A stretch of 64,000 nucleotides of DNA from Octopus sinensis. Taxonomy: Eukaryota. Location of the stretch: contig NC_043017.1 of assembly GCF_006345805.1 (NCBI RefSeq), positions 21,328,001-21,392,000 on the forward strand, read 5' to 3'. Positions 26,965 through 39,313 of the stretch are shown here, in pieces (positions within the stretch are counted from its first letter, which is position 1; each line of letters begins with the position of its first letter). Both the position numbers and the translations under genes were made by a program. The notes beneath the pieces were generated by a model. The model saw only the letters and a program-made list of their open reading frames with translations, was not told where the DNA came from and searched no databases.

Positions 26965-27830
26965 GTCTGTAGTTTGTCTGAAATTCTAGTAATTCTAACA
27001 ATAACAATGGATTTTGCTTTTTGTTTTTTAATCTTCTTTAAATTCTATCAAATTCCAGAAGGTTCTATAACAGTAACTTGTTCATTGATGTCTAACATTT
27101 AAGTTTCACCAAGGTGAACTTCGACTTTCGTTCTTCAGGTGGAGATGGGAGAGGTGGTAAAGTAAAGTACCAGTTATGCAACAGGCATCTTCTACATTAT
27201 AGAGATGCAAAGTTCCTGAAAATCTTGCGGTACTGTGGAGTTCTAGAACATGAAACCTGTTTTCTCATTAGTTTCCATGTTATGAGGAAGTCAAGGGGAA
27301 AATGAGTTTTGGGGTCTTTTTGATTATGAAATTCTTTGTTAAAGGGTGAGATTCTGAGGAATGAAATTCTTCAGAAATATGGAAACACGGGTGTTGTCTG
27401 TACTGTTGTGGACTGGGTGTGTATGGGGTGGTTTATACTGTTTCCATTTCTTTTATGTTACAGACGATGTGAAATGGAAGGAGGAGGAGGAGGAAGGAAG
27501 GAAAGAAGAAAGGAAGGAAGGGAGGAGAAAGAAGGAGACAGGAGGAAGGAAGGAAGGAGGATAAGCTGGAAAGCAAGAGGAGGAGAAAGATGAAGAGGGG
27601 GAGAAGGAAGGCAGGAGGAAGAGAGAGTCAGAAGGAGAAGGAGGATGAGGAGCAGAAGAAGAACAACAACAACAATGAGAATACAGTTAAGTTCCTCCAT
27701 CCACAAATACACAAAATATGAAGAGGAGGAGGAGGAAGGGGAGGAGAACAATAACAAAGCAAGTCTTCCCCCCACCCACCTCACGAAATTTGAGGCTTTT
27801 TTCCTTTTCTTAGAAATCACAGCTATCTGA

Positions 27831-27872
<42 letters not shown>

Positions 27873-27949
27873 CCATGCATAGATTCACAAAAAATAAATA
27901 ATTAAAACAAAAGTCAGGAAGAAAACAAAAAGCAAGAGCTTTTCTTTTT

Positions 27950-28720
27950 TTTTCTTCCGCCAGCATCCTGAATAATGCTGCTGACATCCTTCCTAACACT
28001 CCGCATCAAATAAGTTCACAGACAGGACAGGACAGCTGTCCGTCAATAAGATGCGTCGATTAAGAGAAAATCGTTTAAGAGCATCTTCTCCGTAGCATAA
28101 ATATTTAAACAGATTACTCAAGAGAGACATCTGCCTTAATCTAGCCGACCATTGTTTGCAGGAACAATTTGGATACGAAAGGGGAAGGTCGGACGGGAAC
28201 GGAGGCAAAAGAAGAGTATATTTACACAACTTCTCCGACAAAGAATTGCGGGTGGTTAGTGATGGGTACAGTGTAGGGGGGAAGCAGTGAGAAAGCAAAG
28301 AAATTTTTAAAAAAACCAGAAAAACACAAGAAGAAGAAGAAGGAAAAAAAAAAAAGGAACTTTGTCAAATAAATTGGTAATATGAAATCAACTGGTCTCC
28401 AGTTTCCTCAAATTCAATTAAGAATGGCTGGCAAGTGAATAGTTAAATGTTAAATAATAGATCAGATGCATGAGCAATCATTTTTGCGCAGATTTCATTC
28501 CATGTCTGATATGACATCTTCGTGAAAAGGGTGGGTGGGCGGGTGACAGCAGTAGCTGGAAACTGCGGAATTAAGTGAGTTGCTGTGGGGTACTGTGGCG
28601 TCATGTTATTATCAGGGGGTGGGTATTTTCCCCCTAAAATCAGCCATCCCTGATTGGAAAGGCCTATGGATCACAGACATTCCAACCACGCCCATCCTTG
28701 TTTTTCCCTCTGCACAAAGA
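27950..28720. promoter_or_regulatory. Unique, CpG-retaining island with GC boxes and CCAAT; candidate promoter/enhancer or exon
   Basis: Repeat-poor and visibly CpG-richer than the flanks; gggtgggcgggtg ~28533, gattgg ~28652, ccacgccc ~28686. Confidence 0.4.
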
Positions 28721-29150
28721 ATCTAGGATTACATTATTCAATTTATTCCTTTTTAAGAGAATTGAGTATATTTTAGGAGAGAGTTAGCAGCTACTTTTAG
28801 CAAAATGACTGACCATATAGAGGGTCCCACTTTAGCGAAGTGTGTAGTGATGTTTCGTTATGTATACCAGGCCTGTGTGTGCATGTATGTGTGTCTGAGG
28901 TAATATGTAAACTGAATAATACATATATATATATTTCACATGCACATACACACTCACATGTAGATATATGTATATGTGTATGCAAGCATGTTTCTATATA
29001 TGTGTGTGTAAGTGAGTGTTTGTGTATATATATATATATATTATATATATCTTAATTAACTCACATGTTTATTAATCTTTGTATGTAGAACTATGTGTGT
29101 ATATACATACATAATTATATATATATCATCATCATATATATATATATACA

Positions 29151-29288
29151 CTCTTTACTCTTTTACTTGTTTCAGTCATTTGACTGCGGCCATGCTGGAG
29201 CTCCGCCTTTAGTCGAGTAAATCGACCCCGGGACTTATTCTTTGTAAGCCCAGTACTTATTCTATCAGTCTCTTTTGCCGAACTGCTA
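29151..29288 (-). mobile_element. SINE family B 3' part, inverted relative to 29440-29652
   Basis: actcttttacttgtttcagtcatttgactgcggcc... Confidence 0.85.
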
Positions 29289-29439
29289 TATATATATATA
29301 ATATATATACATATGCTGTGCTTGAGAAGACCTAGCAAGCCAAATGAGACCATAACCTGTGGACTATGCTAGGAGCATAACCAGCCCACTTATGCATACC
29401 TTTTCCTTCTTTGGTCACTAAACTCTGCTTGCGAAGACC

Positions 29440-29652
29440 TGTGTGTGTGTGTGTCTGTCTGTGTTTGTCTGCCCACCATTGCTTGACAACTGATGCTGGT
29501 GTGTTTATGTCCCCATAACTTAGCGGTTTGGCAAAAGAGACCAATAGAATAAGAACTAGGCTTACAAAGAATAAATTCTGGGGTCAATTTGTTCAGCTAA
29601 ATGCAGTGCTCCAGCATGGCTGCAGTCAAATGACTGAAACAAGTAAAAGAGT
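29440..29652 (+). mobile_element. SINE family B 3' half
   Basis: ...cagtcaaatgactgaaacaagtaaaagagta tail. Confidence 0.85.
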
Positions 29653-30297
29653 ATAACTTAGATTACTTTTAAACAGAAAGTTTGTATCACAGAACCAGGA
29701 ACAGTTGAAATACATTGTCTTTGTTTCAATTCATTTTGATAATAATGAAGAATTCAATAAAATAACTGCCGTAATTTCAGCTGGTGTTTGAGGCATGAAT
29801 TAATATAAAATTTCGGTGAAATGTTTTTAATTTGGATCACATTAACCCTTTTGTTACCATATTTCTGTTGAAATGCGAAAAGATTAACATGAAATTTTGA
29901 TGGTATTATTTAGATCCCTTTAAAAAAAGAAAATTTTTTATCAGGACTAGAGGTAACCTCAGGTAAGATGTTATAAAAAAAATTAAAGAATTTTGAAGTT
30001 GGTAGACCAAAAACCAGAAGGTCTGACTCAAACGTTTTCCATTCTATAAAACACAGTGAAGGATCCACTTGAACTGATTCAGTAGCATAATAATGTTAAA
30101 ACACACTGCTTTTGTTGTAATTAATTTTGAAAATAATAAGGAATATAGTGAAATAATTGAAAAATAATGAAGAATATAGTGAAAGTTGGTGTTTGGAGCA
30201 TAAATTAACATCAAACTTTGGTGGAAGGTTTTAATTTAGATTATAAAATATGGGTCTTGACTGGAACAATAATGCAGAGTGGACCATAATAACTGTT

Positions 30298-30530
30298 AAA
30301 AGGCGGTGAACTGGCAGAATCGTTAGCCCGCTGGGCGAAATACGTAGACGTATTTCGTCTGCCATTATGTTCTGAGTTCAAATTCCGCCGAGGTCGACTT
30401 TGCCTTTCATCCGTTCGGGAAACTATAAATTAAGTGCCAGTTACGCACTGGGGTCGATGTAATCGACTTAATCCCTTTGTCTGTCCTTGTTTGTCCCCTC
30501 TATGTTTAGCCCCTTGAGAGTAATAAAGAA
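30298..30530 (+). mobile_element. Near full-length tRNA-derived SINE, family A
   Basis: ggcggtgaactggcagaatcgttag (A-box-like)...gagttcaaattccgccg (B-box-like)...aaagaaa; other copies near 33225, 44660, 47785 (-), 51415, 61015. Confidence 0.9.
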
Positions 30531-31535
30531 ACATATAATAACTGTTATAATTTAACTATCCATTGTCTGATTTAATAATAATGTTTGGGAATACAAAAAT
30601 TTCTTCTTCAGATATCGCTAGGAATTGATCGAGTGACTGCTACAATCAGTTTTCCAACAGTTACTGAAATTCTATTTCGTTTTTGGATTTGGTTTGCAAG
30701 ATTCTTTATGTGAGTTTGTGTGTTGAAGCATATTCTGTTTGTGTCTGGGGAGAGTCATTTTCTTTTGGTGTCTTATAATTTAACAACTCACCGGTAAAAT
30801 TCCCACTTGTTTCTTTATTATTTTTCTAAAATTTTCTTTGCATTTTGCAAACTTTTCAATAAAACTATTGACTACTACTACTACTACCACCACCTCCATT
30901 ACAAACACCACCACAACCAACATTACTACAACTACTACTACTACTACCACTACTACGACTATTACCACGATTGCTACCGCCACTACAACTACTAATGCCA
31001 CCACCACCACCAACACCATTATGACTAGTACTACTACTACTACTACATCCACCACTACAATCAAAACCACCTTGACTACTACTACCATATCCATTACAAC
31101 CATCACTACTACTACTACTACTACTACTGTTGCTTTCACCACTGCTAATTTCTAATTGAAAATTTCCATAATTTAGCTGTGAAGAATTTCTTTAGAATTT
31201 GGCATGTGCTTCGAAAATCTGTAAAAATTGGGAAACAGACAATGCCAAGTAGTATTGTCAGATAGAGTCTGTCTTGGAGATTTCTACACTGAATTCATGA
31301 AGAATTCTATAGATAGTAGCAGAGAACTAGACGCCAATTAATGGTTTTATTAGAGAGGCACAGAAGTATAGAAGTATGTAATCTACTTTCCTTGTGCGAC
31401 GAACATTCCATATTTTGAAAATGGAAAATGAAATACAAGCATATCAGAGTATACATACATACATACATACATACATATATGTATATATATACACACACTT
31501 ACACACACACTCATATCATCATCATTATATATGTA

Positions 31536-31585
<50 letters not shown>

Positions 31586-31792
31586 TATGTTCATTCTATT
31601 GTTTTATGTCTATATATATATATATGTATATATCTGTATGTACGTATGTATATATATACACATGTGTATGAAAGTATACACACACATGAGTATGAAAGTA
31701 TACACATGCATATATGTGTGTGTATATGTGTAAGTAAACATACATATATATGCAATAAGGTGCATGTAAGCATATGTAATGAAACATGCTTG

Positions 31793-31825
<33 letters not shown>

Positions 31826-32344
31826 TATATATATATGCACACACACACACAAATATATATATGCAAATATATATACGAGTAAATATGTTATATATGTATG
31901 TTTGTAAGTATACACACACACACATATATATATAATTGCATACACCTTCCACCAATCTTCCGTATCTGTACATCTTCATCAGGGAACGCTAAAGGAAATC
32001 CTGCGTAATCCACATTCACCATATACATGTCAAGATTACAAAGAGAATTGAATTAGAACCATCCACAGAAACGAAGACCAAAATCTTTATTGCAATGTTC
32101 ACTGACTGGACACACAAAACACACTAATGATCTGCCTTTGTTTCCGGCATCACCATCATCATCATCATCCTCACCAAAATCACCATCATTATTAGTTTCA
32201 TTATGATAATTGGGAATACATGTGGCCTAGTGGTCTGAGGTGTTGTACCTGAGATTGTGAGATCGTGGTTTCAATTCTCAAACATTGTGGTTCTTGAGCA
32301 AAGCACTTGATTTCACAGTCCACACAGCTGTATGATGAAATATG

Positions 32345-32723
32345 TGGAGGCGCAATGGCCTAGTGGTTAGGGCAGCGGACTCGCGGTCATAGGATCGTGG
32401 TTTCGATTCCCAGACCGGGCGTTGTGAGTGTTTATTGAGTGAAAACACCTAAAGCTCCATGAGGCACCAGCAGGGGATGGTGGTGATCCCTGCTGTACTC
32501 TTTCACCACAACTTTCTCTCACTCTTACTTCCTGTTTCTGTTGTACCTGTATTTCAAAGGGCCGGCCTTGTCACTCTCTGTGTCATGCTGAATATCCCCG
32601 AGAACTACGTTAAGGGTATGCGTGTCTGTGGAGTGCTCAGCCACTTACACGTTAATTTCACGAGCAGGCTGTTCCGTTGATCGGATCAACCGGAACCCTC
32701 GTCGTCGGAACCGACGGAGTGCT
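32345..32723 (+). mobile_element. tRNA-Arg-like SINE, family C, full length
   Basis: ggaggcgcaatggcctagtggttagggcagcggactcgcggtcataggatcgtggtttcgattccc head resembles tRNA-Arg with A/B boxes; octopus OR SINEs are reported as tRNA-Arg derived. Confidence 0.8.
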
Positions 32724-32885
32724 TCCAATGATGAAATAGCCTTCTGATCAGGGAGAATCTTGGCTTGCTTACCAGTAGCAGGAGCATTACCACTGTATGA
32801 TGACACCAGGTAGCCAATAACTATGGGTGGGCTTTGCATGACATTCTACAAGATTTCTATCCAAATCTTTAAGTTTCTAATTGCA

Positions 32886-32931
<46 letters not shown>

Positions 32932-33191
32932 AGTACATATATTCATATGTACACATACACACACATGTATGTGTTGAAATCTAATAAATATTTAAATATA
33001 TGCATGCAAAATACAAGAAAATATGAATTACAATATTGAAATACCTATCAATTTTGAAAATGATGTTAATAACATAATTTTTATACATTTGTTCAATGGT
33101 TATTTTAATATAATATTATTATTAACATTTATATTTCCATGTGTAAGTTATGTGAACATCCTTGAATGTATATTGGCTCGTATTATTATCA

Positions 33192-33223
<32 letters not shown>

Positions 33224-33629
33224 GGTTCAAATTCCATTGAGGTTGACCTTGCCTTTCGTCCTTTCAGGTTTTAATAAAATAAATACCAGTCATACATTGG
33301 GATCAATGAAATTGTCTGTCTCCCACCCACAAAATTTCAGGATTTGTGCCTACAGAAGAAAGGTTTATTATTATCTCTGGGTTCAAAGTCCGCTGAGGTT
33401 GACTTTGCCTTCCATCCTTTCGGGGTTGATAAAGTAAGTACCAGTTACACACTGGGGTTGATGTAATTGACTCATCCCCTACCCACAAATTGCTGCCCTT
33501 GTGGCAAAATTTGAAACCATTATTATTATTGTTGTTGCTGTTACGGTGCCAAGCTGGCAGAATTGTTAGCACGCCAGGGATAGACAGACAGATATACACA
33601 TATATAGATAGCTATAGAAAGGTGGGTGG

Positions 33630-33683
33630 GTGGGTGGATGGATGGATGGATGGATGGATGTGTGGATGGATGGATGAATAGAC

Positions 33684-33734
<51 letters not shown>

Positions 33735-33759
33735 CAGACAGGTAGATAGATAGATAGAT

Positions 33760-33797
<38 letters not shown>

Positions 33798-33905
33798 CAG
33801 GTAGATAGATAGATAGATAGACATAGAAAGATAGACAGATGGACAGACAAATAGACAGACAGACAGACAAATAGCTAGATAGATAGAATGATAGGTAGAT
33901 AAATA
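33630..33905. repeat. (GGAT)n/(GATA)n/(GACA)n tetranucleotide array
   Basis: Direct reading. Confidence 0.95.
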
Positions 33906-34296
33906 GATACACATACAGATTTTTCATTATCTATATATTTATATATGTGTGTGTATGTGTATGTATGTAAGTATGTATATGTCACAAATCCACGATACGG
34001 GCAAACACATATTTCATACATGCATACGCACATGTAAATACACACCACACACACACACTGGCACACCTCTCTACAGATGTACAGAAAATGAGGTGCACCC
34101 CATTTCAATATAAACCTCTCATTTTCTACACTCCATTAATTTCAGTTATGCACTTTAATATTCCCACCCTCCACCCTCCCTCCGACCCACCCTTCTATCC
34201 ACCGCCTCTCTCTCTCTTCATGTACAACACCAACCATCAAATGTGCACTCTCTTATATTATCATTTCTTATTTGCTCTGACACACACACACACACA

Positions 34297-34935
34297 CACA
34301 CACGGAAGCATAGATACATACATAAATACATACACATACACACACACAGAAGCATAGATACATACATAAATACATACACACACACACACATGGAAGCATA
34401 GATACATACATAAATACATACACACACACACATGGAAGCATAGATACATACATAAATACATACACACACATGGAAGCATAGATACATACATAAATACATA
34501 CACAGACACACACACACACAAGCATAGATACATACATAAATACATACACATACACACACACACACACGGAAGCATAGATACATACATAAATACATACACA
34601 CACACACGGAAGCATTGATACATACATAAATACATATACACACACACACACACATGGAAGCATAGATACATACATAAATACACATACACACACACACAGA
34701 CACACGGAAGCATAGATACATACATAAATACATACACACACACACACGGAAGCATAGACACATACATAAATACATACACACACACACACGGAAGCATAGA
34801 TACATACATAAATACATACACACACACACACGGAAGCATAGATACATACATAAATACATACACACACATACACACACGGAAGCATAGATACATACATAAA
34901 TACACATACACACACACACGGAAGCATAGATACAT
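34297..34935. repeat. Minisatellite, ~15 units of ggaagcatagatacatacataaatacata + variable (CA)n
   Basis: Direct reading, period ~40 bp. Confidence 0.9.
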
Positions 34936-35309
34936 ACATACACACACACACACACACACGGATACGCATGCAGACATGCTCTCAGATACACACACACACA
35001 AACATACACACACATATCTTTAACTATATCAATCTTCAAGTTATATTCTCTATGACAACCCCCCGACCCCAACCACCAAGCCACCACCGCCACCACACCA
35101 CCATTATCACTGCAATTTTTCTTTTCTTTTCTCTCTCTTTCTCTATATTTCTTTGCTTCTGTCTTTCTCTTTCTCAATTTCTCTCTCTGTATTTATGTTT
35201 CTATCGTTCTCTCTCTCTCTTTCTCTCTCTCTCACTCTCTTTCATTCTATATTTCTATTATCTCTCTCTCTCTTTCCTCTTACTCTTTTACCTAATATTT
35301 CAACCATTC

Positions 35310-35945
35310 ACCTCGCCTCTCTTTCACCCAATGCTTCCGCTATCATTTTTTTCTCTCTCTCTTTCCTCTATGTTTCTATCATTTCCTCTCTCTCACCCTC
35401 TATTACTTTTCCTCACTTTCACCTTATATTTCAACCACTCTCTCTCTTTCTCTCTCTCTCACTCTATATTTCAAACATTCTCTTCCCCCCTCTCTTTCTC
35501 TCTTTCACTATATTTCAACCATTCTCACTCGCCTCCTCTCACTCTCTTTCTCTCGCTCTTTCACTCTATATTCCAACCATTCTCTCCCCCCTCTCACTCT
35601 CTCTTTTTTCCTCCCTATATTTCAATCATTCTCTCTCTGCCCCACCTCTCTCTTCCTCTTGCTCTTTCACTCTATATTTCAACCATTTTCTGTCTGCTCC
35701 CTCTCACTCACTCCCTCTCCCCCTATATTTCAACCATTCTCTCTCTGCCCACTCTGACCCCTCTCTCTTCCTCCTGCTCTTTCACTCTATATTTCAACCA
35801 TTCTCTATCTGCCCCCTCTCACTCACTCTCTCTCTTCCTCTTGCTCTTTCCCCTCTATATTTCAACCATTCTCTCCCCTTCACACACTCTCTCTCTCTCC
35901 TTCTCTCTTTCCTCTCTATATTTCAACCATTCTCTCTCTGCCCCC
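35310..35945. repeat. Minisatellite, ~11 units with core tatatttcaaccattctct + variable (CT)n
   Basis: Direct reading, period ~45-70 bp. Confidence 0.85.
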
Positions 35946-36784
35946 TTCTCATCCTTTCCCGTTTATTCCCCTTCCCAGGCCCTCTTTCGCATTTTTAATA
36001 TTCTATATATTATGATTAACAATATTTGCTTTTAGTTTTTGATCTGCATCACAGAACCGCCCCACTCCACACACACTTCATCCCTCTTTCCCTAAACATT
36101 CATTACTTATTAATTTCCCTACAATATATATCGTATCTCTCTCTCTCTTCTATATTCCACCAATCTTTTAATAATTTTTCCTGCCAATCTGCTTACCAAT
36201 TCTACAAATACACCTACTGTATACATTTACTTACCATTCTGCAGATTTCTCTCTCTCTCTCTCTCTCCCTCTCTCTTTCTCTCTCTGTTTCTTCCCCTTT
36301 TTCTTACTTTTTCTCTTTCTGTCTCTATTTCTCACTTGTACTTTCATCCTGCACCGCTCAACCTGTTACAATTCACAATTACGTCTGCTCCAAATAACTC
36401 CCTACTTCTCTTCCTTAATGTGTGATAGAAAGCTTGCTTTCCAACCACATGGTTCTGGGTTCAGTCCTACTGAATAGCACCCTGCGCAAATGTCATCCAC
36501 TATAACCCTGGACTGATCAAAATCTTATAAGGGGATTTCATAGACGGAAACTGAAAGAAGCCTGTCGTATGTATTCATATATGTGTGTCACGTGTGTGTA
36601 TCATTGTATGTGTTTTCGTGTTTGTGTTCACCATGACCATTTGACAACCGGCATTGGTTTGTTTATGTCCCCATAACTTTGTTCATCAAAAAGAGAACCA
36701 GACTTAAAGATAAAGTATAAGAAATAGGAGTTATGTTTGACTAAAAACGCTTCAAGTTGGTGTTCCAGCATGGCCAAATCGTCT

Positions 36785-37040
36785 GACATACAAGCCTGAG
36801 ACTGTACCAACTGGCGGTGTTCCATCACCATGGGAACCAAAAGTTTTGAAACCACCAAAAGAGAAAAGAAAGATATCAAATGATAGAAGAAAAAGGCTCA
36901 ACAAAATCAACCCTATCCTCCGCTGACATTGCTATGAAGTCAGAGCCATTGACTCTTCTATGCAAAAATTGGTCTACAGAGTCATCAACAGCATTACCAA
37001 AAAGGAAGCATTGAACAAAGAAGAAAATAAATTCTCAGAT
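36785..37040 (+). pseudogene. Decayed RTE/BovB-like LINE C-terminus
   Basis: A*DCTNWRCSITMGTKSFETTKRE...AKIGLQSHQQHY resembles ALDRxxWR..G...FE..R...SRIGLxSH. Confidence 0.65.
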
Positions 37041-37074
37041 ACAAGATAAAGCCAATGATGATATATATATGTGC

Positions 37075-37455
37075 AGGAGTGGCTGTGTGGTAAGTAGCTT
37101 GCTAACCAACCACATGGTTCCGGGTTCAGTCCCACTGCGTGGCATTTTGGGCAAGTGTCTTCTGCTATAGCCCCGGGCCGACCAATGCCTTGTGAGTGGA
37201 TTTGGTAGACAGAAACTGAAAGAAGCTTGTCATATATATGTATGTGTGTTTGTGTTTGTCCCCCTAGCATTGCTTGACAACCGATGCTGGTGTGTTTACG
37301 TCCCCGTCACTTAGCAGTTCAGCAAAAGAGACTGATAGAATAAGTACTGGGCTTACAAAGAATAAGTCTCGGGGTCGATTTGCTTGACTAAAGGTGGTGC
37401 TCCAGCATGGCCGCAGTCAAATGACTGAAACAAGTAAAAGAGTAAAAAAAGAGTA
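37075..37455 (+). mobile_element. Full-length SINE family B
   Basis: ggagtggctgtgtggtaagtagc head to aaaagagtaaagagta tail. Confidence 0.9.
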
Positions 37456-37592
37456 AAGAGTATATATATATATAAATACACACACACACAACACACACAC
37501 ATACATAAATATATACACACGCGAATGCACACACATATATAAGAGACCAAAGTGTACATATGCCGCTATATATATATATATTTGTATATATT

Positions 37593-37621
<29 letters not shown>

Positions 37622-37623
<2 letters not shown>

Positions 37624-37767
37624 CACCTTGACCGACCAGTCTGTCAGGCGTCCATTTGACACCGCTGGTCACAGCACGCTGTCCATTCCTCTCTGGATCA
37701 CGCCTTTCTCATCCATGTGATCCCAATTGTCCTCCTGAAATTGTAACTCCACCGTCGTGGAGGCCTT

Positions 37768-37770
<3 letters not shown>
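37622..37770 (-). pseudogene. RTE-clade LINE 3' end
   Basis: Minus: RRPPRRWSYNFRRTIGITWMRKA*SREEW resembles RGRPPxRWxD...WMRxAxDRxxW; short 3' UTR ending ctggtcggtcaaggtgat. Confidence 0.7.
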
Positions 37771-37803
<33 letters not shown>

Positions 37804-38504
37804 AGCATGTGATTGTTCAGTTTTATCTCAAGATTTCTTGCCAATAGAGAAAGAGCTAGTTTCTAATCTAGACCCAAGGCTTCTTCATTAGAATTTCAAC
37901 ATTAATAACAAGGTATTTTTGTATGTATGTATGTATGTATGCAAGTACATATATAGGTGTGTGTGTGTGTATAACAGTAAATGCATATGAATCTATCTAT
38001 TTATCTATGTCTACATAAATGAAGAGAGAGAGAGAGAGAGAGATAAACAGACAGATAGATAGAAAGATAACACCAATTCTGAAGGTAACAACTTAATTAC
38101 ACTGTCACCATGGCTATAAAGTGTTCATACATATTATTGAAACAAACAAAGCACTCACCATTCTATAAATCATTATAAAATGTACAATATATATGTGTGT
38201 GTGTGTGTGTATGTATGTACAATTTTATTTTTACAATCTACATTTATATATCTACAGTTTCAATAATTTGCATGACAGTATGGCTCAACATATTTTCACT
38301 AAATATTCAATTTATTTCATAGAGGGGGGAGGAGAGGAGAGAGAGAGAGAGTGGTGTGTGGGTTTGCGTATGTGTGTTTGTGTGTGTGTGTGTAGATATA
38401 TGAGTGTTTGTTTTAAATGTTTACTGCATTCTATTTCATTCGTAAAGATGTCTTTGAATTTTATGTACCAACAAGATTTGAAAAATAGGTCTCAAAATAT
38501 TCTT

Positions 38505-38650
38505 GTATAAGAATAGCCTGGGCAAAGTTAGCAAGAATAAGAACAGCCTGGGCAAAGTTCAGTTCAGAGAGCTCTTACCTCTGCTGGTGACAAAGGGCCT
38601 CTCGCTCAGAGTAAAAGGTAGACTGTATGACACATGTGTACGAACAGTCA
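38505..38650 (+). pseudogene. RTE LINE reverse-transcriptase fragment
   Basis: RIAWAK / FRELLPLLVTKGLSLRVKGRLYDTCVRTV with short internal duplications. Confidence 0.8.
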
Positions 38651-38856
38651 TTTTTGATTAACCTTCAATTGCCTAAGGTATCTTTGATTGGATGAGCAGC
38701 TAGCAGAGTAGCCCTTGTTTTGGTAATTACTGATTTGGAGTTTCTTCAAGCTATGAAACATATGCAGCCTGGATTTTACCGATTCCGTTTCCTAATTTGG
38801 GATTTTTATTTGCATGCATAGCAACCCCAGTTGCTAACCATGAATTATAAAATAAC

Positions 38857-39313
38857 TGTGAAGTATATTTGCTACTTAAATGTGGCTAACCACTAAAGGT
38901 GGATGCTACTGTAGCTTGTAGCCCCAGGAGAACATCTTCAGCTGGCTATTGACACACTTTCTGTGCCCTATCAGTATTTGCAAAGGGAAGCCATCCTTCT
39001 CATCGTTGACCTGATGTGATACGTACGGACCCGGGTTTCTGGGTTTTTACCCGTCGTCAGTGCATGACAATCACCGGTCTTCAATGTGAAGGGGTCCCAA
39101 TGCAAATACATATATATTTTTTCCAGTGACAGAAAGTCACCGATCTCAAAAAGAAAAAAGAAAAGTGTGTCAATAACCAGCTGAAGAAGATGTTCTCCAG
39201 GGGCTACAAGATACAGTAGCATCCACCCTTAGTGGTTAGCCACATTTAAGTGGCAAATATACTTCACATAGTCGTGCAGCTACTGATTATACCTCGTTCA
39301 GAGATTTATTATT
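38857..39313. mobile_element. Fold-back copy of the ~360-bp HHR family
   Basis: 38857-38960 is inverted at 39162-39268; homologous to 11485-12010. Confidence 0.75.
39024..39064 (-). ncRNA. Minimal type-I hammerhead ribozyme motif
   Basis: Minus: TGCA-CTGACGA-CGGGT aaaa ACCCA-GAAA-CCCGGG-TC-CGTA; GUC site, palindromic ACCCGGGT, imperfect stem I. Confidence 0.7.

Noticed and set aside
27957-27970. 14-mer tcaggatgctggcg shared in inversion with ~43244-43257
   Set aside because: Matches of this length are expected by chance in a 64-kb self-comparison.
31940-32000. Possible twelfth hammerhead on the minus strand (TTCC-CTGATGA...GGAA)
   Set aside because: GAAA is altered, stem II is poor and there is no clear NUH; at best a decayed copy, not counted.
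32345-32420. tRNA-Arg gene
   Set aside because: No proper acceptor stem or terminator; continues into a SINE body. The same holds for the other tRNA-like heads.
34297-34935. CRISPR-like repeat-spacer look
   Set aside because: Spacers are only (CA)n, the context is eukaryotic and there are no cas genes.
34218-36035. Longest ORFs (250-355 aa, Cys/Val/Tyr or Leu/Ser rich)
   Set aside because: Translations of minisatellites, open in several frames and on both strands; the same applies to most ORFs in the track.
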